Below are positions 61,501 to 64,000 of a stretch of 64,000 bases of DNA, piece by piece (the stretch's first letter is position 1; each line of letters starts with the position of its first letter). The notes beneath the pieces are model-generated. The model worked only from the letters and a program-made list of their open reading frames with translations, was not told the DNA's origin and did no database searches. Source of the stretch: Hamiltosporidium tvaerminnensis FI-OER-3-3 (taxonomy: Eukaryota > Fungi > Microsporidia); assembly GCA_022605425.2 (NCBI GenBank), contig CM061247.1, positions 620,001 through 684,000 on the forward strand. The letters are read 5' to 3'. Position numbers and translations under genes: made by a program.

Positions 61501-62690
61501 AATTTATTAAAAAAATCCATAGTTGAAAATAATTTTACGCTTTCAATACTTTTTTATACCTCTTTAAACATCAACGCATCAGCTTACAAACCAGATATTT
61601 GTTTATATATGTTCTCAGGTTCCTAGAACGAATCCCCGATTTGAAATAAAATGTATATTTTTTGAAAGTGTTAAATTCAATCTTTTCTTTACTAGCTTGT
61701 TAAAAGAGATGTTCGCTATAAATCTCTGCTCTTTTAATGACACCAATCGACGTTTTTCTCAAGCTCTCTTGGTATCTGCTAAGATTCGAATCTCTTCGTC
61801 GATTAAAAGTCATTGTCGCAACTATATTTCTGAGTACTATCGACTGAATTATGCCCCCTAATTCATAGATATTTGTAGTCTTTTGAGTAATGATTTATGG
61901 CATTTTGTCAGAATATCTTCTAGAGTCATTATATAAGGGAATTTGTTAATAAATTTATAAAAAAACCCAAATCATCAGCTAATAAGCCATATTTCTTCGC
62001 TTTTTAGTTTTAATATTTGAAGTGAATCTTCGGATTGTAATTATTAGACACGAGAGTCTTATCTTCTTTTTACTTTTATCTTACGAAAATACATTGAGCC
62101 TTATTTTATGAATATTAATAAAAGTCTTCATACTGATGCCAATCTTATTTTTACATACTCGTTCTCGAGAATTTTTAAACTGAATGACTCGAAATCGTTT
62201 TATAAACCTAAACATATATCTATTTAAAAGAAACTACAGGTGTCTAACCTCGCATTATGCCTTCTGTTAAAGCCATGTCAGCGATTTTTTTCATACTCAT
62301 TTTCTAGATGATTCATGGTTTTACCAGACTTTTGCAGTGCTTGCACGCAATATCGTACCCCAGAATACATTTTTATCCTAGATATAGCTGAAAATTGTTT
62401 CATCTTATCGCCATGTAGTCCTTTTCTTTAGATTCTTATAGAATCACCAACCTTAAGCTCATTTTTTGTTGCATCATATAATTTGAATGTAATTATGTTC
62501 TTCTATTTTGTTAGATAATCTTGCAAGTTGAAATTCAACCAAATTATTCTTAGTAAACTCATTTTCATACGTATAAGTTACCATTAAGAAGTTATTTATT
62601 GGTGCACGATGAGTGATATTATATTTCCAGTTTTGAGGTTTGCTCTTTTTAGAATTAAAATTCTTTCCTTTATTATAAATTATATTTGTT
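61501..62690 (-). mobile_element. Old degenerate 5'-truncated copy of the R4/Dong-like retrotransposon
   Basis: Colinear with 36926-38129 (ctcttcgtcgat, agtactatcgactgaat, ccagaatacatt..tatcctagatatagc, aagctcattttt, gcaagttga). Confidence 0.85.
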
Positions 62691-63030
62691 CAATAGAATT
62701 AAATTCGTCTTTTATACGTTATAAGAATGTTTATGTTTATAAATTCACGTTATGATTTGGTCGGCATTAAAATTTATTTAATTTAATAATTTCTGATTTT
62801 ATAGAACTGAGACATCAACTTAAAATTTTGCAAATTCAAATCATTTAATCTTATAGTTTAAAAAGCTTTGAATAATTAATCGCATAATTATATTTAAAAG
62901 AAAATTTAAATAAATTACCCTCGTAATTGAGAATAACTTTATAAACTCGCTTCAAAGGATTGAAACCGAAAAACATTGGATTTACAATTTGTTAACCAAA
63001 AATTACATTTTATTTATAGATTTAGTGTTA

Positions 63031-63148
63031 ATATAATCCCTTATGTGATAACCTCAGACGAAAGTATGAACAATAATATAAGATATATCTCAAAAGACTT
63101 CAAATACCCATGAATGTAGAGGCATATATACAGTCGATAGTACTAAAA
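63031..63148 (+). mobile_element. Short internal fragment of the same retrotransposon
   Basis: ataatcccttatgtgataacc ... aaaagacttcaaatacccatgaatgtagaggcatatatacagtcgatagtact (IIPYV...NVEAYIQSIVL). Confidence 0.8.
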
Positions 63149-63202
63149 GCACAAACAAAACTTGAACAGCATTTAAATAAATTTAGAAATTATATTTGTT
63201 TA

Positions 63203-63577
63203 TTAAGATAATAGGAACTCTATATGTTCCTTTATAACATCTACATTATCCACATAGTTAACCAAAGACTCAACATATACATCGATCATATCATCGACAC
63301 CATCACCATTTAGTTGAGAAGTATGTTCTTCAATCTTTTTAAAAAGCTTATCAATAAATTTTAACATTCTAATACTCTCATAATAATATATACTATCATC
63401 ATCATTCTTATCCATTATTTCTTTGAAATGTCCATCCAATTCCTTTTTCAAAATACTAAGACTTGTAATATTCTTTAGTCTTTCAGAAAGTGTCGTTAGA
63501 TTATTTTGTGGTGGATAGTCCTCAAATACTTTTAAATTGTCTTGTAATTGAATCAATTCCATTATTTTATCTATCAT
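63203..63577 (-). CDS. Hypothetical acidic coiled-coil/helical protein (124 aa)
   Basis: Intact ORF with CCCC (63584-63587) just upstream of the ATG and an amphipathic helical pattern; no family recognised. Confidence 0.7.
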   Translation of the reverse strand: MIDKIMELIQLQDNLKVFEDYPPQNNLTTLSERLKNITSLSILKKELDGHFKEIMDKNDDDSIYYYESIRMLKFIDKLFKKIEEHTSQLNGDGVDDMIDVYVESLVNYVDNVDVIKEHIEFLLS

Positions 63578-63924
63578 AATAAAGGGGCTAAAATAACAGT
63601 TTTTTATGTTTTATGTGCTATTAAGTAAGAATAATTAAAGGGGTGTTAAATTATTATGCTATTGATAAAGGGTTGTGATCATTTCTAAAATTAAAGGGGT
63701 GGTGAATTACATTATTACAACAGGCGTTATTAACTAGGTGTGTTATTAAAGGGTGTTTCATATTCATATATCGAGAAAAGGGGGTTGTTATTTACTAAAA
63801 AGTAAGTAAGGGAGGTTGTTTTGTAAAAAATATTGTATGCGTTGTATACTATAGTGGGATTAAAGGGGGTTAAATTACAAAGAAATGATCTGTAGAATAA
63901 CACCTTGTTATTTTGTACTTCCTC

Positions 63925-63984
63925 TGTCCGGAAATATGGTATACATTTTAGCGATTTTTTTGTCCGGAAATATGGTATACATTT
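63925..63984. repeat. 24-bp direct repeat, 2 copies
   Basis: tgtccggaaatatggtatacattt at 63925 and 63961. Confidence 0.8.
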
Positions 63985-64000
63985 GCGAAAAAAATAAAAT

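Overview
This is AT-rich, gene-sparse eukaryotic DNA, inferred to be from a large-genome microsporidian (Hamiltosporidium-like). The basis is compact intronless genes, CCC motifs just before start codons, a Tom70 and a divergent Sec61-beta. Intact housekeeping genes are FEN1, a ~2360-aa HECT E3 ligase, TOM70, RAD52, SFT2-like, SEC61B, SmE and SNM1/PSO2. There is also a kinase with a signal-like N-terminus, a small secreted protein and a coiled-coil orphan. Several lineage-specific, probably secreted genes are broken by stops or frameshifts. Mobile DNA comprises four 5'-truncated copies plus one internal fragment of an R4/Dong-like RLE non-LTR retrotransposon (one copy has a perfect 12-bp target-site duplication). 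The top finding is seven copies (six full length) of a ~690-bp non-coding element. In one orientation its ends pair into a G-U-rich terminal helix usually followed by a T-run, and it carries internal hairpins including cUUCGg loops, suggesting an amplified large structured RNA. No tRNA, rRNA or CRISPR array was seen. All alignments were done by eye, so repeat boundaries are approximate (about +/-10 bp unless stated).
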